A stretch of 64,000 nucleotides of DNA from positions 41,156,388 to 41,220,387 of the forward strand of contig NC_092670.1 of assembly GCF_964355755.1 (NCBI RefSeq), written 5' to 3'. Made by a program: the position numbers and the translations under genes. Of this stretch, positions 12,801-31,279 are shown piece after piece. The notes beneath the pieces are model-generated. The model saw only the letters and a list, made by a program, of their open reading frames with translations, had not been told where the DNA came from and made no database searches. The stretch's first letter is position 1. Each line of letters opens with the position of its first letter. This stretch comes from Antedon mediterranea. Its lineage: Eukaryota > Animalia > Echinodermata.

Positions 12801-15800
12801 ATGTTGTAGTCTGACCATGGACCTAATTTATAGGTCCATGGTGATCAACCAACCATATCATTTATGACTAAAAAGTAATGAATGTTGTAGTCTGTCCATG
12901 GACCTAATTTATAGGTCCATGGTGATCAACCAACAATATCATTTATAACTACGGTACAAATTAATGAATGTTGTAGTCTGTCCATGGACCTAATTTATAC
13001 TGTAGGTCCATGGTGATCAACCAACCATATCATTTATGACTACAAAGTAATGAATGTTGTAGTCACTCTGTCCATGGACCTAATTTATAGGTCCATGGTG
13101 ATCAACCAACCATATCATTTATAACTACAAATTAATGAATGTTGTAGTCTGTCCATGGACCTAATTTATAGGTCCATGGTGATCAACCAACCATATCATT
13201 TATGACTACAAAGTAATGAATGTTGTAGTCTGTCCATGGACCTAATTTATAGGTCCATGGTCTGTCTAATAAATCTCTTTCCTAAGTTGAACTTGGCTGC
13301 TTCCTCAAATTATACAAATTACTGTGGAAGATCGGAAGACACATTTCCACTAATTTATGTGTTATTTCATTAAAAATGATATGAAAGGATTTTAAAATTT
13401 CAAAAAAATATTTTGTAAGAATCCTTTAAATGTGAATGAACAACACAGCAAAAATTAGATTCAAATACCTAGTAGAACTTAAGAAATACATAAATGAAAT
13501 TTTAGTATAAAACCTCTGTAAAATTATGATCATCTGGATATTATCACACAGTGCAAATTTAATGTTTAAAATGTCACAATTACGATTACAATATTCTAAT
13601 AACAAAAGAATAATTACTCACAAATCAATATGATGATAAAACTTTTGGTGGTGCTGATAATATATTTAAAAAATGATTAAGCTAAAAGACTTATGACTAA
13701 TATATAGATCATGTATTTTCCAAGGTTTTACTATTCATTTATAGATTTCTAGCCAAGATTTTAATTTATTCTAAAATCTCAAACTCTGTATACTCAGTCA
13801 CTATCCAACTAAGTATATGAAGAAATCTATTTTTGTTTTCAGTTTGTTATGTCAATTGGTTTTTTAGGTCTTCTACTATAGACACAATCTTGATAAAAAC
13901 AACACCTCTAGGGTATTCTAGATACGAAATGATTTCTGTATTCTGTGATTTTGTCACTATATATTTTTTAATTGAATTTAATAATCAATATTGCAAATAA
14001 TTCTTGATATATAATTATGGATAATAAGAATATTTAAGAAGGAAATCATTAAAAATGGATCAATTTTAGGAAGCATTAATGTGGCAGATGTTATATTAAT
14101 GCTTGTATTGTATCATGTGACATGTAGTTAAAGTTTAAAGAGAAAGTTGTTTTGTTGTTGTGATCTCTGTTAACATTTAATCTATTTTTTATATTTTATA
14201 ATCAAATACTTCATTATCTAGAATTCATGTCTGTACCTGAGCTTTGTTATTAGCATAGCACTCTAGCAACTTGCCACAATCCTATTTTATCAAATACTTC
14301 ATTATCTAGAATTCATGTCTGTACCTGAGCTTTGTTATTAGCATAGCACTCTAGCAACTTGCCACAATCCTATTTTATTCTGTTTTATTAAAAAATACCA
14401 TTTCACTTATTAAAAAGATTGAAAACATAACAATAAAAAAGATCACAATTTATACACTTTTACTAGATTAAATTTAGTCTGCTAAAGCAACTTTTCATTA
14501 ATTAAGTAATATAGTGAGTCCCCACAGTGAACTAGTATATAGAGAGTACAGTACTGTATTTAAGTAATATAGTGAGTCCCTACAGTGAACTAGTATATAA
14601 AGTACAGTACTGTATTTAACATAGCAAGTCCCTACAGTGAAATAGTATATAAAGTACAGTACTGTATTTAACATAGCAAGTCCCTACAGTGAAATAGTAT
14701 ATAAAATACAGTACTGTATTTAACATAGCAAGTCCCTACAGTGAAATAGTATATAAAATACAGTACTGTATTTAACATAGCAAGTCCCTACAGTGAAATA
14801 GTATACAAATAATGAATGTTTATGAGTGCAATGATACAAATAATGGCAAGAGGTGAATGATGAAAGGTTATATCAACGAGGCAAAGCCGAGTTGATATAA
14901 CCTTTCATCATTCACCAAGTGCCATTATTTGTACCATTACACGAATACAAAACATTCATTATTTGTTTTATATAACATCTAAATAACAAACAAAAATGTT
15001 TCAAAAAGTACTATTTAACGATCGTTGAATAGTGCGTACTATTGCACGCCATGTGACCCACATTCGTCCAATCAAATGACAGGAATTTATATAGGTGTTA
15101 TATAATATATAAAATACAGTACTGTATTTAACATAGCAAGTCCCTACAGTGAAATAGTATATAAAATACAGTACTGTATTTAACATAGCAAGTCCCTATA
15201 GTACTGTGATAGAGAATTTAATACAGCAAGTCCCTACAGTGATTTGATAGAGTGTTTAATACAGCAAGTCCCTACAGTGATTTGATAGAGTATTTAATAC
15301 AGCAAGTCCCTACAGTGATTTGATAGAGTATTTAATACAGCAAGTCCCTACAGTGATTTGATAGAGTATTTAATACAGCAAGTCCCTACAGTGATTTGAT
15401 AGAGTATTTAATACAGCAAGTCCCTACAGTGATTTGATAGAGTATTTAATACAGCAAGTCCCTACAGTGATTTGATAGAGTATTTAATACAGCAAGTCCC
15501 TACAGTGATTTGATAGAGTATTTAATACAGCAAGTCCCTACAGTGATTTGATAGAGTATTTAATACAGCAAGTCCCTACAGTGATTTGATAGAGTATTTA
15601 ATACAGCAAGTCCCTACAGTGATTTGATAGAGTATTTAATACAGCAAGTCCCTACAGTGATTTGATAGAGTATTTAATACAGCAAGTCCCTACAGTGATT
15701 TGATAGAGTATTTAATACAGCAAGTCCCTACAGTGATTTGATAGAGTATTGGGACATTTTCAAGCAAGCAATTAACTTGTTTACTAGGTTTTAATACATT

Positions 15801-17225
15801 ACAATATATCTCTCTGGTTTAATCATCAAGTTTTTAAAACCTATCTTTTATCGGCTTAGAAAATTGTAGTTGGGTATTTAATTATGTTATTGTATAGTGT
15901 ACATTCAAATACTGTATGTATGTATATATGTAGGGGAATCCAAAGCATGCAAAATAAATACTGTATGTATATATGTAGGGGAATCCAAAGCATGCAAAAT
16001 AAATTATAAATATGGTGAATCAATAGTAACATCTGTTACATAATAATATGTTGAGTGAGCTTTTATTTTTGGAGGTAGTTGAAGGAGATGGTACATTATA
16101 ACAACCATGAGTGGAATAATGTATTCCATCTGTGTATATACACCGTCACTGGCTGTTGTTAAAGTTCTGTCTCCTCATCTAATATCCCAAAAACCAAATG
16201 ATGCTAATTGTAAAAAAGTTTATTTTAAAATTGAAGCTTTGACGTCAATACATGCTAGAAGAACAGTAATAATAGGATTTACTTTATTATTTTGTTGTAT
16301 TCATTGAAGAGTAAACAAGGTCATTAACTTTAACATTCTGAAATCTTTTAATGTGAACAATTATCAGGAAACTGCAACAGATGGAATTAAACAAATAAAA
16401 AATATTCCATCATTTTGAATTTGTTTAAACATACAAACAATCCATTTTAATTATGGTTAAAATACCAGTAAAGTATACATGTGTAAAAAAAAAGTATGTA
16501 AAAAACTATTATCATTCAAGAATAGATTTCTACAAATTTCAATCTCAAATAAAATACAAAAAGCAAAATCTACAGTATTCTGTTCTTAATTACTTAAGGT
16601 GTATCATTTAGGGAACACAGTGAAAATAAGTTGCATTTTGTACTTTTCTATGTTTTTATCCTTGTTTGATCCACTTGATCAACAGAATGAATAAATAAAA
16701 TAAAAACCTTACTTTACAATTTTGTCTTATTTGGTAATTGGTGTTTACCAATCAGAAATTGAAGTAAGATGAATTAAAAAAAACTCACATAGAATTTCTT
16801 GAATCTCGGATATCACGGTGATTTCCTATCCTACTGCTTATGAATTCATTAAATGCATGTTTTCGGTAACCCTCCTCTCGTAATTTACGGTCCTCCTCTG
16901 TCCTTATGAGTCCAAGCTCAGCCTCTTTCAATGGCGCTGAATTGTCTTTACTTCGATTTTCTCCATTATCAACAAATTTGTTATGATTATTATTTACTTT
17001 ATATCTGCTATTTAGACCAGTTTCTTCCTTTAAATCTGTCCATGGTTCATTTTGAACAACGTTCTCAAACTTACGCCTCTTTGGTACAATCCTATTGTGA
17101 CCACCATGTTGGTAATTAGAATGGTTTTGATTATCTGGATTTGTTGAATATATATAAGTAATTGTGGTCGTCACTATTGCTAACAAACAACCATTTAAGA
17201 GGTACTTTTTCTTGCATCGAACCAT
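3882..17225 (-). CDS. GALNT11: Polypeptide N-acetylgalactosaminyltransferase (GALNT11-like); 3' exons lie beyond the left edge
   Basis: GT-AG exons in frame: 17225-16789 ([20 protein letters not shown] anchor...HAFNEFIS), 12037-11871 ([19 protein letters not shown]...ILVDDFSD), 8747-8587 (REGLIRAR...FLDSHCE, DxH motif), 7685-7474 (WLEPLL...[11 protein letters not shown]), 6623-6506 (SPTMAGGLF...[11 protein letters not shown]), 6383-6231 (IWQCGG...), 5779-5570 (YGDISSR...[11 protein letters not shown]), 3989-3882 (start of ricin-type lectin). [11 protein letters not shown] favours the T11 subfamily. Confidence 0.9.
4273..5567. repeat. 21-bp minisatellite (TAAACTGYCACACCTGTTTYA)n abutting the GALNT11 donor at 5569, interrupted by a LINE fragment
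   Basis: About 32 units at 4273-4950 and about 4 units at 5474-5567. On the minus strand each unit contains CAGGT...AGTTTAT, resembling the true donor ACAG|GTAAGTTTAT. Confidence 0.95.
4952..5473 (+). mobile_element. 5'-truncated LINE (CR1/L2/Crack group): ORF2 C-terminus and 3' UTR
   Basis: ORF 4954-5217 has HSYNTRS...[14 protein letters not shown]...FKTKYK, typical of the ORF2 end. The tail is AATAAACTTGAAACTTGAAC. Possible CTTTAT target duplication at 4946-4951 and 5473-5478. Confidence 0.8.
6761..7585 (-). repeat. 117-bp tandem array = last ~110 nt of a GALNT11 exon + donor GTGAGTT, 7 copies including the exon
   Basis: Donor dinucleotides recur at 7472, 7355, 7238, 7121, 7004 and 6887. 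The distal copy (~6768) has a mutated donor. Confidence 0.95.
8089..8660 (-). repeat. 96-bp tandem array = last ~70 nt of the GALNT11 DxH exon + donor + ~26 nt intron, ~6 copies
   Basis: Donors at 8585, 8489, 8372, 8276 and 8180. ORF 8071..8778 repeats [20 protein letters not shown](S/G)HCE. Confidence 0.95.
9138..9522. repeat. 22-bp minisatellite (TAAACCGCCCTGCGTATTAACC)n, ~17 copies
   Basis: Nearly perfect tandem units just inside the left end of the piggyBac-like element. Confidence 0.95.
9634..9720 (-). mobile_element. LINE (L2-like) 3' tail fragment
   Basis: The minus strand reads GAGGGCCCCTGG...CAGCTG...CAGCTGGAAGGGTTACCCTC (stem-loop), then ATAAATAAAG and an (AAATA)n tail. Confidence 0.45.
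10322..11622. mobile_element. Mutator-like (MULE) foldback element
   Basis: ~88-bp TIRs GGGTGTCACGAAACCTAAGAC.../...GTCTTAGGTTTCGTGACACCC. Perfect 10-bp TSD CTCTGATTTC at 10312-10321 and 11623-11632. Further degenerate internal inverted repeats (10530-10665 vs 10845-10950). Confidence 0.85.
10995..11195 (-). mobile_element. Retroposon 3' end with (AAAAT)n tail nested in the MULE
   Basis: (TTTTA)n run at ~10996-11028 next to a GC-rich segment with GAGTG...CACTC stem-loop potential. Confidence 0.4.
12352..13266. repeat. ~81-bp tandem array, ~11 copies, each carrying the palindrome CCATGGACCTAATTTATAGGTCCATGG
   Basis: Period of 81 (GATCAA at 12435, 12516, 12597). The last copy is flanked by a GTCTGTC direct repeat. 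Confidence 0.95.
14500..15750. repeat. Compound minisatellite: ~52-bp units grading into 38-bp (AATACAGCAAGTCCCTACAGTGATTTGATAGAGTATTT)n
   Basis: Shared core GCAAGTCCCTACAGTGA. About 14 copies of the 38-mer at 15220-15750. Confidence 0.9.
14803..15104. mobile_element. Palindromic non-autonomous element (Crypton-like) inserted in the minisatellite
   Basis: ~80-bp arms fold back around CAACGAGGCAAAGCCGAGTTG (14874-14894). Ends ...CCAATCAAATGACAGGAATTT...GTTATATAA. It interrupts one 52-bp unit. The family call is from recalled resemblance only. Confidence 0.55.
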
Positions 17226-18359
17226 CTTTAGCAATTTTAAAAACTACTTTTTCTCAATTTCATTGTCCAAATATTAAATATAGTGCCTAACAAGTTTTTA
17301 GCATTTTAAGATCTGAAAACAATTAAATAATAAAAAGTTTCTGTATAACGAAATAGCGATTTTAAAATACAATTGATAGGACTATGGTTAAATGATAAAA
17401 CTAGCATAAAATATGGCCATTGATATGATCGCCCTTTTCTTAAACAATGATCTTCGGGCAAATTTGAAACGTCACACATTTTCAAATTAAGATAATTACA
17501 TACAATTACATACAATACAACGTCAATGTAGGCCTATATATATATTATATAGTAGTAGTAGTCAGTGGCAGTGCCTAACTAAAAAGTAAAATGGTAAGAA
17601 CTAAAAAGTAAAATGGTAAGAACTTTAAGATTAACTTTTTTTATTTTTATCAAACATATTTCATTCATTATTTATTTGGTCAATTCAGTATAAAATAAAA
17701 AACATACAATCAGAAAATATTTGTTAATAGACTGCAGACAAAAATATAATAATATACCTACAGATCTCTGGACAGCAAAATATTATAGGAGGCCTAGAGA
17801 AAGGTACTGACTGGCACTGCATTGATCCATGAGTCGAGGAAGCCCGTCCGCTGCAGCATGAGTACAGCATGCAGTAGAGAGTAGCCTAGTTAAGTAGCCT
17901 AGCAGCCTAGCTAGAAGCTAGCCTAAATCTGGGAATAGTCCAAAAATTACTTATTATAGGCCTTAGATAATATATAAATATGAAGAAAAACAAACCATGA
18001 ACATTCTTAGCCATCATCTTCAACACGATGCCACGTAAACAAAGGTTTGTGATGGTGTGTTGTTTACGATGATCATCACACCACATTTTGTTTTGGTGTG
18101 TGTGAGAGTGAAACAGTGTTGCCAGCGATAAAATTTAAATTATGCCGTAGCGCGCCTGTCTCAAATAATGCCAGATTGGGAAAAATAATGCCAAATCCCC
18201 AAAATGTGGCTCTAATCAAAGAATATATATATATATATATTCTTTGCTCTAATTTAAAAACGAAACGCCAACTGACACGTGGGCCAAACATTTTATCCCA
18301 TGTCGTTAGAAATTTAAATTTTTAGTTTTGTGTGTAATACTAATAACTATTATAATTCC

Positions 18360-18920
18360 CAATATCTGGGTTGCGAAAATGGTAATTGCAAATGTCACCA
18401 AACACCACCTGCGACATCCACGGAAATTTTGAATTTTTTAGCTGAAATATGTTTGGAAATTTCATAAAAAATATATTAATGTCTTCAAGACCTCAGCCCC
18501 GCCATGGTTGGAAAATTGGGGAAAATAGAGCTGCTCGATGGCCGGAAATGGCACTTAATTTCAAATGAAATAATTAATATATTTATTAGTGCCTCCAGGA
18601 TCTTAGCCCACCATGTTTATATAGTTGGTGTTCCGAAAATGACACATAATTTAAAATAGGAAATAAAAATGTATGTGTCTCCATGACCTCAGCCCCACCA
18701 TGGTTGGGGCTAAGGTAAGAAAATTTGGAAAAATAGAGCTGCTCGATAGCCGGAAATAAGAGTCTCTAGGACCTCGGCCCACCATGGTCACCTGGGGCTG
18801 AGGTAAGAACATTTGGAACAAGGCCATACACATGGCTGCAGTCGCGTGCTAAACTTAGTGTTTACCGACCAACCGACCGACATAGTGAGCTGTGGAGTCG
18901 CGTTGCACGCGACTAAAAAA
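18360..18920 (+). mobile_element. Helentron/HINE-like non-autonomous element; an inverted partial copy lies at ~20895-20971
   Basis: Terminal hairpin AGTCGCGTTGCACGCGACT followed by an A-run, subterminal GCAGTCGCGTGC, a (CCGA)n microsatellite and internal repeats. The left boundary is uncertain. Confidence 0.55.
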
Positions 18921-20669
18921 TAGGGCTGCTACGATGCAAATGGAACTGAATTTGAAATATGGAAAACAAATTCTCTAGGAGAAAATGTTTTTGGTTATCC
19001 GCACTTCGCGGATAACCCCATGTTATTGTCAGGAGATGTCGTATAAGGTTTTCGGTGCTGTCCAAGTTGTGCAGCGTAACATACGCATGATTATACAATT
19101 TAAAAACATTTATCTTAAATTCAGAACCAAAAGAGATTTATTATTGAAACTTAAGAAAATGATAATTCATATCAAGGGTAAAATTTCTATGGCGTAAAAT
19201 GGAGTGTTAAGTTGCACCCAAAATTACGCGCGCACGCGCGTTTAAAATTTTAAAATGCGAACAATCAAATATAATAAGTGACTAGTGACTAATCTAGTAA
19301 CTATATCGTTTGGATTCTCTCAGCTATACTAGCTGGGGTTCGAATCTGTATGCATTTTTAAAAATAAATATAAAATTTTTTTCTTTTATTTTGAAAGAGA
19401 GATATTTAGAGAGTCAAGTTAATTTAGGATAATAAATGTAAAAGATTAACAACATCAGAATCCAACAGTGTGGCGTGTTGACCGCCGCGAATGACTAACA
19501 ATTTATTTTTTGTGCTAAACATAACATTTACAACATCAAAAATTGAATAAAAATCTTCTAATGTAAAGATCAACAACATCAACATTCAACAGTGTGGCGT
19601 GTTGACCGCCGCGAATGACTAACAATTTAATGTCAGAAAAAAAGGAATTACAATTTATATCTCCTCTTTGGTATGTCGGCGTTGTTATGCAAATGAGTTT
19701 GTGCAGGTGTAGTGGAAAAGATGATATTGAGTCATTCGCGGTCAACACGCCACACTGTTAAATTTTGATTTTTGTGCTAAACATAACATTTACAACATCA
19801 AAAATCGGGTGGCGAAAGCCACAAAAAAGTAAAAGATGTTATGGTGTGCTCTCCCTGCCTCAGCACTAAGGCCAATTGAAGCCAAATGTGGTCCTTCAAT
19901 TTTTGTACTCTTGGGTGGGCTTCTTTTCTAGATGGTCTTTTCGAGATTACTTTCAAACTAAATGAAATGAGGGGATCTGCTAGGTTCCTGCCCGGAGAAA
20001 TTGTTTTTTTACAAGATTTGAATAATCTTCTAATGTAAAGATCAACATTCAACAGTGTGGCGTGTTGACCGCGTGACTAACAATACCATCTTCCCCACTA
20101 CACTTGCACCAACTCATTTGCATAATAACACACGACATACCAACTGTTCAATATTTGTATAGGGGTAGCAATCGATGGGTTGGTTGGATGGCCAGGCTTG
20201 TTCAGGCTGCTATTTTTCATCATTTATTTCATTGTAGGCCTATCAGTTGTTTTGATTTCTCATTATCAATTATTCACTTACAGTAAAATGTAGTACATGG
20301 TTTGAAATCCTTTTCGTTTGTTCAAAGTTAAAAATTCACAACAAATTTTTATTACAATAATGCATATGTATTTCATAAATAGAGAGAATACACTAGCCAG
20401 GCCAGGCATCTTTACACATTTCTATTTATTTTTGCCTAATTTTCTGACATAACTTAGGTGTTCTTAAAATTGAGGTCGCCAAAAATAAAATTACAATAAT
20501 GCATATGTATTTAAATAAATAGAGAGAATACACTAGCTAGGCCAGGCGTCGGCATCTTTAGACATTTCTATTTATTTGTTCCTAATTTTTCTGACATAAC
20601 TTAGGTGTTCTTAAAATTGAGGGCGCCAAACATAAAATTTACGAGATCGGAAAGAGGCGAGTATACCCA

Positions 20670-20845
20670 AAAAAAAAAAATGATGGTGTTCTCCCTTGCC
20701 TCTAGCACGGTAAGGCTCTCTCTAATCTGTGAACCCCAAACACAGAAGCTCGCATAGCTTAACTCTTTTCCACCGACCGGCATGGTGTTTGAACCCACGA
20801 TAATCGTGTTCCACGACGCTCTACCGACTGAGCTATCCGGCCCTC
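20670..20845 (-). mobile_element. tRNA-derived SINE
   Basis: Minus strand has an A box GGATAGCTCAGTCGGTAGAGCG, a B box GGTTCAAACACC, a non-tRNA body and a T-run. Its tail (GGCAAGGGAGAACACCATC) resembles the minus strand of 19838-19870. Confidence 0.7.
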
Positions 20846-21615
20846 TGGTTTATAGCAAGATTAAAACTAGATTCGGGAGGGAGGTCACCTCACTGAGCTC
20901 ACTATGTCGGTCGGTTGGTCGGTAAACACTAACTTGAGCACGCGACTGCAGCCATGTATATGGCCTTGTTCAATTTGATTTGATTAACAATATACATTTT
21001 ATAGTTTTTTTAATGACACTGGTAGCATATACACCATCAATTCACTGCAGATATTATAAATACATCGATTTTGCTCTTTTATTAAATTTATACGAATCGA
21101 ACATTTTATGAATATTTAAGTTTAATATTATCATTCTTTCTATTGGTATTAATATAAAAGAAGGCAAGCACGCCATTGTTTGAGAAAGTCCTGTTGCCTT
21201 GCCCAACCAGGCATATTTATTAATGGAATAATTCGTTAATTACCATAATTACTTTCTCAATGAAACACTGATTATAATGAAAGGATCTATAAACGGAGTG
21301 GTACTGTTACTGTAAATGGAAAGTCAGTATTAAAGCATGTAGGGAATTTACGGAATTCGATTTCATCTTGATACAGGGTGCCTCTATCCCTCATATTTTG
21401 ACATCTTAATGAAGTGCGCCATCATGTACACCCAAAGTATAAGAAAGAATACAGTGCTTCAGTACGTGTACAGACGTTAAAGGCGGTATACATTTCAAAA
21501 GTCAACTTTAGAATTTGTTTTGCAAAATAATTCTGCGTATATTCAGGAAAGTGTGTAAGCGCATACACACTTTAAAGCCGCATTGGAAATATATCGAATA
21601 ATAAAACGTTGTAAA

Positions 21616-23761
21616 ATGGAGGTATGTAAAAAAGTATAAACAATTTATAGTTTAAATGTCAGTGCATTTTGGGTTAGTTTGGCGTTTAATTTATATGGCT
21701 GATGCGATGCTTAAAACGATTTTATGATTAGTTTTAATTTTAACTCAGCGTACGTATCGCTTTCAATTCAATAGACGTATCCTATTTGTGATGAAATAAA
21801 AATAGATTATTAGAACTATTTTACTCAGGTCTAATATGTACTTTTCACTCAGTGCGTACACATTTGTTAGTAATTTAGTTCTGATGATCTAAGTAAATAT
21901 TTTTCTATTTTGAACTTAGTGTGGTCCAGAAGCTTGTTTCTTTGACGATTCCAATAATCGAGATCAGACGATACTTCAGGCGTTGCATTACGCGCGGAGC
22001 GAGAGTATACTTACTGACGTCATACTCTGTGCAGACGACCGCCAGATTCCATGTCATCGAATTATTTTGGCGGTTTCTAGCGATTATTTCATGGCGATGT
22101 TTTCATCAAATTTCAAAGAAAGTAAAATGACGAAAATTGATTTGACGCATTTGAATGGACATGTTCTATCTATTATAATAAATTACTTTTATTCTTCTAT
22201 ACTAAAGTTTCCAAAATCTTTGGTTCGAGATGTTTTGGAGACTTCAGATCTCATCCAAGTTTCGCCCGTTGTCGAACACTGTACGGAAGTCATACTGAAG
22301 GAGATGGAGATTGATGAATGTTTGGAGATCTTTCGATATGCAGATGATAGAGTTTCTTTACAGGATTTAAAATCGGGCGCGCTCAAAATGATACTGGACC
22401 ACTTTGGTTTCATAACAAACAAGGACGCTTTTTTAGAGCTTTCGGCTGAAAATGTTTTGGATATTATATCTAGTTCCTCTCTAGTTGCTACCGAAGAGGA
22501 TGTTTTTGACTCTGTGATCACGTGGTTTAACCAAGATGACAATCGAAGGAGAGGGCTACTGACGATTCTTGAACATGTTCGATTTAATTTGATGTCTGAC
22601 GAATATTTATCAATGATAGAACAATTTCTAACAAACGATCTAAATATATCATTGAGATCGATTGAATATGCTAAAGAATTCCAATTGTCTTCATCGATAA
22701 AGAAGCATCAGTTGCTAACCAGTAATATGGAGGAACGACGGTTCCACCAGGACGTAGTGGTCCTTTTTAAGATGTTGCATGAATCTAGTGAAACCATCAG
22801 AACTGAAATGTCTTTTGCCACACCAGAGGTCATCAGAGAAACTTTACAACAAGGCGAGTTTGATCAGGAGATAGTCGAGTTTGCTCAAGTATCTCTTACA
22901 GAGGATAAACCAGTTAGAATATCTGATGACGTCAAGGCTATCACTCGGTTTGGAAGGAGTGTATTTGCTTGTACTTCTACGCGGGTTGAAGTCATTGATC
23001 CTGCCACTGGCGTCAGGAATTCTACAGATATTCCTCTGCCTACAGACTTGACTTGGTGCCCAATGACAGCAGAGACTTTGGAAGGCTTAGTTTACGTTGT
23101 GCATGGTGGACGCGATGGCAAAGCAAACTCTATAGTTTGTTTTGATAAATGGCGTAAAGTGTGGGATACATGTAGTAGATTTCCTATTCAAGTGACATCT
23201 CCAACTCTAGTATCATTTGGTGGAGAATTGTTTTTATTTGGGTCAGACAACTTTGGAACGGTCGTGCAATCATATGACCCATGCACCGACAAATGGCACA
23301 AAGGGAGTTCTTTAAATGGATGTCACTGTTTTTCTGGTGGGTGCCCATTGGTACCAGTAGACGAGGAAGAGTCACCTAGTATCTGCCTAACTTGCGTGGA
23401 TCACATCCACACGTATAACCCACATTCTGATTTGTGGGAGAATACAGACTCCTGGGGTCACCTTGCTACATCTGAGGAGATTTCAGGTCCTCTTATGCAC
23501 TGTGTACCAGTCATGTGTAATGGCAACTGCTTCTTGTACTTTGATGACACATCACCAGAAGGTCAATTAGGGTCAAATTTATCAGTTTTAAGATTATCAC
23601 CATACACAGGCAACTGGACTGCATGTCAATTTGAATTTGAGGGTCAGTCTGTTATGGAAGAGAAGCGGGTAATAGATGGAAGTATTGAGCAAAGACAAGT
23701 CCGGCCTATACCGGTAGGCCAATTTGAAATTCTTAAATGTATAACTATTTGTCGAAAATAA
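21616..23761 (+). CDS. BTB-BACK-Kelch (kelch-like) protein
   Basis: Large exon 21920-23761: BTB (LTDVILCADDRQIPCHRIILAVSSDYFMAMFSSNFKES), BACK (FLELSAENVLDIISSSSL..EEDVFDSVITW..LLTILEHVRF) and degenerate Kelch repeats (VYVVHGG, SYDPCTDKW, YNPHSDLW). A phase-0 acceptor at 21918-21919 fits an inferred first coding exon ATG GAG|GTATGT at 21616-21621. Confidence 0.85.
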
Positions 23762-24511
23762 TGTATAGGGAATACAAAGATGAAACTAGTTTATTTGTAA
23801 ATGACCAAATTATGATGTTTTTGATTTCATTATACTGTACTGATGAAATTTACTCCAATAATATGATATTGATGAAACAATACTATAATCCTAACTGTAA
23901 TAATCCTAACTGTACATTGCTAAAGTGATTTGATAATTACAACAATACATAATACAAGATAGGCATACCATTGACTTTATTTTATATTGTTATATTTTCA
24001 ATTGGGAATTGAAATTGTATACATAAAAGATTATTCAGTTTTTTACTGATATATTAATATTTGCTGATAATAAATGTTTATAAATACAGTACATTTTATT
24101 GTGGTTTGCTTATTCCAAAAAACTGTTACTTACTTACTCCATTCAATACATAATCAGGTCATAAACCTGGCATGGACATTTTACAAATAAGTTGGTTCAG
24201 TTGCACTTGAAAGCACTTCATTGCTGTGTGCTTATTAACTGTTTGTTTTAATGTTGTATAACAAAGTTGTAAATCTACATGGATGTATTACATAATAAGC
24301 TGGTTTAGTCAAACATGTCTTTTGGAAGCATTTCCCATAAACCATAGTGCAACTAGTGATAATGACAACAGTAAAAACATGCTAGATCTTCCAAGGCCAT
24401 TATGTTACAAGTTCTTTGATTTCTCTTGAGCCCTCATGATGCTGCTGTCATAACAGTTTATAAATTCAGACCAATGATCAATTACTAAAACACATAAAGT
24501 CTTGCTTACAT

Positions 24512-31279
<6,768 letters not shown>

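Noticed and set aside
17415-17478. Second hammerhead-like motif (GCCC...GGGC...GAAACGTC)
   Set aside because: No intact CUGANGA core at the right spacing.
20770-20842. Functional tRNA gene
   Set aside because: A and B boxes are present, but there is no convincing anticodon arm or acceptor stem and it continues into a SINE-like body.
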